Origin: a virus
Taxonomy: Duplodnaviria; Heunggongvirae; Uroviricota; Caudoviricetes
Reading direction: 5' to 3' (one strand)
DNA: 12,268 nucleotides
Virus record (IMG/VR): IMGVR_UViG_2645727901_000004
A model generated the notes under the pieces. It was not told the DNA's origin, did not search any database, and worked only from the letters and a program-made list of their open reading frames with translations. Made by a program: the position numbers and the translations under genes. Shown here in pieces: positions 11,031-12,268 of the stretch. How positions within the stretch are numbered: the first letter of the stretch is position 1; each line of letters begins with the position of its first letter.

Positions 11031-11222
11031 TAGTCCGGTTTCTTCCACCATCGCACCGGACAGGCGACTATGAGGGGACAACGCCGCGCTCCGTTAACGC
11101 GGTAAACCCCGGTGTGTATCGTTTTTGATTATCCCCGCACACTCGCGCAGAGGAGTCTCCCGGTCGGGCTGCGGTCTCTGTTAATGCGGGGATACGGCGA
11201 CAATACCGCGCATCAGCAAAAC

Positions 11223-11690
11223 TTATTTCAGGCACTGAGTGCGGATATATTCCTGCGCCACTTCCAGCTGCTTCTGCATCAGCATCAACCGCTCTCTGAG
11301 AGTGAAATAATCCCGTTCAGCGGTGTCTGCCAGTCGGGGGCCGGTTGCATTATCCACGCCGGAGGTGGTGGGGGCTTCACGCACGGTACCGGGGCAGGTG
11401 GCGTTGATCCGCAGGCGCTTACGACCAGCGGCAACGTCAGCGCGCAGAGTTTCATTTTCAGCTCTCGCATCGGCTAATTCCCTCGAGTATCTGGCATCAA
11501 GTGCAGCAACATCACGCTGGCGCTGCTGCATATCAGTAATGGTTGCATTTGCCTGCTCCAGCTCACTGACTTTTTTATCGCGCTGCTCTTTGTAGGTTAT
11601 GGCGTTATCACGGTAATGATTCAGCCCCAGACTAAGCGCACCACAGGCCACCAGCAGGGCAATGATGACCACGCACAGTACGCGGTTCAT
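11223..11690 (-). CDS. Rz: Spanin inner-membrane subunit Rz (i-spanin, 155 aa)
   Basis: ORF track 11223..11690, MNRVLCVVIIALLVACGALSLGLNHYRDNAITYKEQRDKKVSELEQANATITDMQQRQRDVAALDARYSRELADARAENETLRADVAAGRKRL... N-terminal transmembrane segment plus coiled-coil periplasmic domain. Clearly homologous to lambda Rz but more diverged than the head proteins. Confidence 0.9.
   Translation of the reverse strand: MNRVLCVVIIALLVACGALSLGLNHYRDNAITYKEQRDKKVSELEQANATITDMQQRQRDVAALDARYSRELADARAENETLRADVAAGRKRLRINATCPGTVREAPTTSGVDNATGPRLADTAERDYFTLRERLMLMQKQLEVAQEYIRTQCLK
11285..11470 (-). CDS. Rz1: Spanin outer-membrane lipoprotein subunit Rz1 (o-spanin, ~60 aa), embedded in the +1 frame of Rz
   Basis: ORF track 11285..11470, MRELKMKLCALTLPLVVSACGSTPPAPVPCVKPPPPPAWIMQPAPDWQTPLNGIISLSESG. 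It has a lipobox-like LVVSAC and a proline-rich region, very similar to lambda Rz1 as recalled, and lies wholly inside Rz. Confidence 0.85.
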   Translation of the reverse strand: MRELKMKLCALTLPLVVSACGSTPPAPVPCVKPPPPPAWIMQPAPDWQTPLNGIISLSESG

Positions 11691-11691
11691 T

Positions 11692-11790
11692 TCACCACCA
11701 GCGTATCTGACCGATGAAATAACCGGAGGCCATAATCACAAACACCAGCCAGATAAGAATGAACTTCCAGGTGGATAATTTTTCAGCCAT
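11692..11790 (-). CDS. Hypothetical 32-aa single-pass membrane peptide (MAEKLSTWKFILIWLVFVIMASGYFIGQIRWW) immediately upstream of Rz; not in the supplied ORF track
   Basis: Manual translation. ATG at 11790..11788 is preceded by GGGAG at a 9-nt spacing. The TGA stop (11694..11692) is 1 nt from the Rz ATG. The hydrophobic core FILIWLVFVIMASGYFIG is about one transmembrane helix. No known homolog recalled. Confidence 0.3.
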   Translation of the reverse strand: MAEKLSTWKFILIWLVFVIMASGYFIGQIRWW

Positions 11791-11865
11791 CACTCGAATC
11801 TCCCGAATCAGTTTGCTAAAATCAAACACACTTTCTCCTTTGACTTTTCCGGAGTCAGGAAACAC

Positions 11866-11899
11866 AAAACCCCGCTTGGTGCCAACAAACGGGGTTTTT
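11866..11899. terminator. Bidirectional rho-independent-terminator-like hairpin in the endolysin-Rz linker (AAAACCCCG...CGGGGTTTT with flanking T/A runs on both strands)
   Basis: Plus strand AAAACCCCG-CTTGGTGCCAACAAA-CGGGGTTTTT followed by ACTTTTATT. On the sense (minus) strand the stem is followed by UUUUGUGUUU. Confidence 0.45.
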
Positions 11900-11988
11900 A
11901 CTTTTATTCACTTACGTTTCGCCAGTTCGCAGGATTTCATGTTATCCGCCCGCGTGGCCATGCTTTATTTTTCAGCAAAATATTCTGC

Positions 11989-12268
11989 TTATCTGTCGAT
12001 ACCCCAGCACGCCAGCGCGCTCTCCTGGTCACGACGGGATACCTGACCGTAGCAGTTGTTTGAACGAATACGGCAGTCTCTGCCACCGTCCTTAATCCAC
12101 CAGCGAATCGCCTCACACGCTCCCCTGCGATCACCTGCATTAATTCGTTTATAAAACGTCGACGGGAAACACTTACCGGGACCAATGTTGTACGGACAGA
12201 ATGACGCGATCCCCGCTTTCTGGGGTTCGCTCAATGGCACTTTGATGTTTTTCTCCACCCACGCCAGC
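11989..12268 (-). CDS. R: Endolysin, lysozyme type (T4-lysozyme-like muramidase), C-terminal ~92 codons; 5' end lies beyond the window
   Basis: ORF open to the window edge: ...LAWVEKNIKVPLSEPQKAGIASFCPYNIGPGKCFPSTFYKRINAGDRRGACEAIRWWIKDGGRDCRIRSNNCYGQVSRRDQESALACWGIDR. This closely matches, from memory, the R lysozyme of Stx-type lambdoid phages such as 933W, and is not lambda's transglycosylase R. Confidence 0.85.
   Translation of the reverse strand, partial: LAWVEKNIKVPLSEPQKAGIASFCPYNIGPGKCFPSTFYKRINAGDRRGACEAIRWWIKDGGRDCRIRSNNCYGQVSRRDQESALACWGIDR

Noticed and set aside
10898-11128. 76-aa plus-strand ORF spanning cosN
   Set aside because: It runs across the cohesive-end site and cosQ region, which are cis-acting DNA elements. 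It would be split in virion DNA. Probably not a gene.

Overview
This window is the late (lysis, packaging, head and proximal tail) region of a lambda-like siphovirus or prophage, encoded entirely on the minus strand and colinear gene-for-gene with phage lambda. Read in the sense direction (high to low coordinate) it runs: 3' part of a lysozyme-type endolysin, a ~300-bp linker with a hairpin and a 32-codon membrane ORF, Rz with embedded Rz1, cos (cosQ/cosN/cosB), terminase Nu1 and A, W, portal B, protease/scaffold C with nested Nu3, decoration D, major capsid E, FI, FII, Z, U, major tail V, G and the G-T -1 frameshift, and the first ~110 codons of tape measure H. Intergenic spacings and overlaps match what I recall for lambda; proteins are near-identical with scattered substitutions, so this is a close relative rather than the reference lambda. 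Three things are not explained by the lambda blueprint: (1) lambda-like H sequence stops abruptly at position 97, where a Tn5/IS50 mosaic-end-like inverted repeat plus a perfect palindrome begin and run off the window edge; (2) the endolysin is a lysozyme rather than lambda's transglycosylase R, joined to Rz through a linker carrying a terminator-like hairpin and a small membrane ORF; (3) the Rz-to-cos interval is only ~250 bp, with no bor-like cargo. All protein identifications rest on my recollection of lambda and Stx-phage sequences and the supplied ORF track; no database search was run. I see no evidence for a novel multi-gene system here; the window is mostly a textbook lambdoid structural operon.
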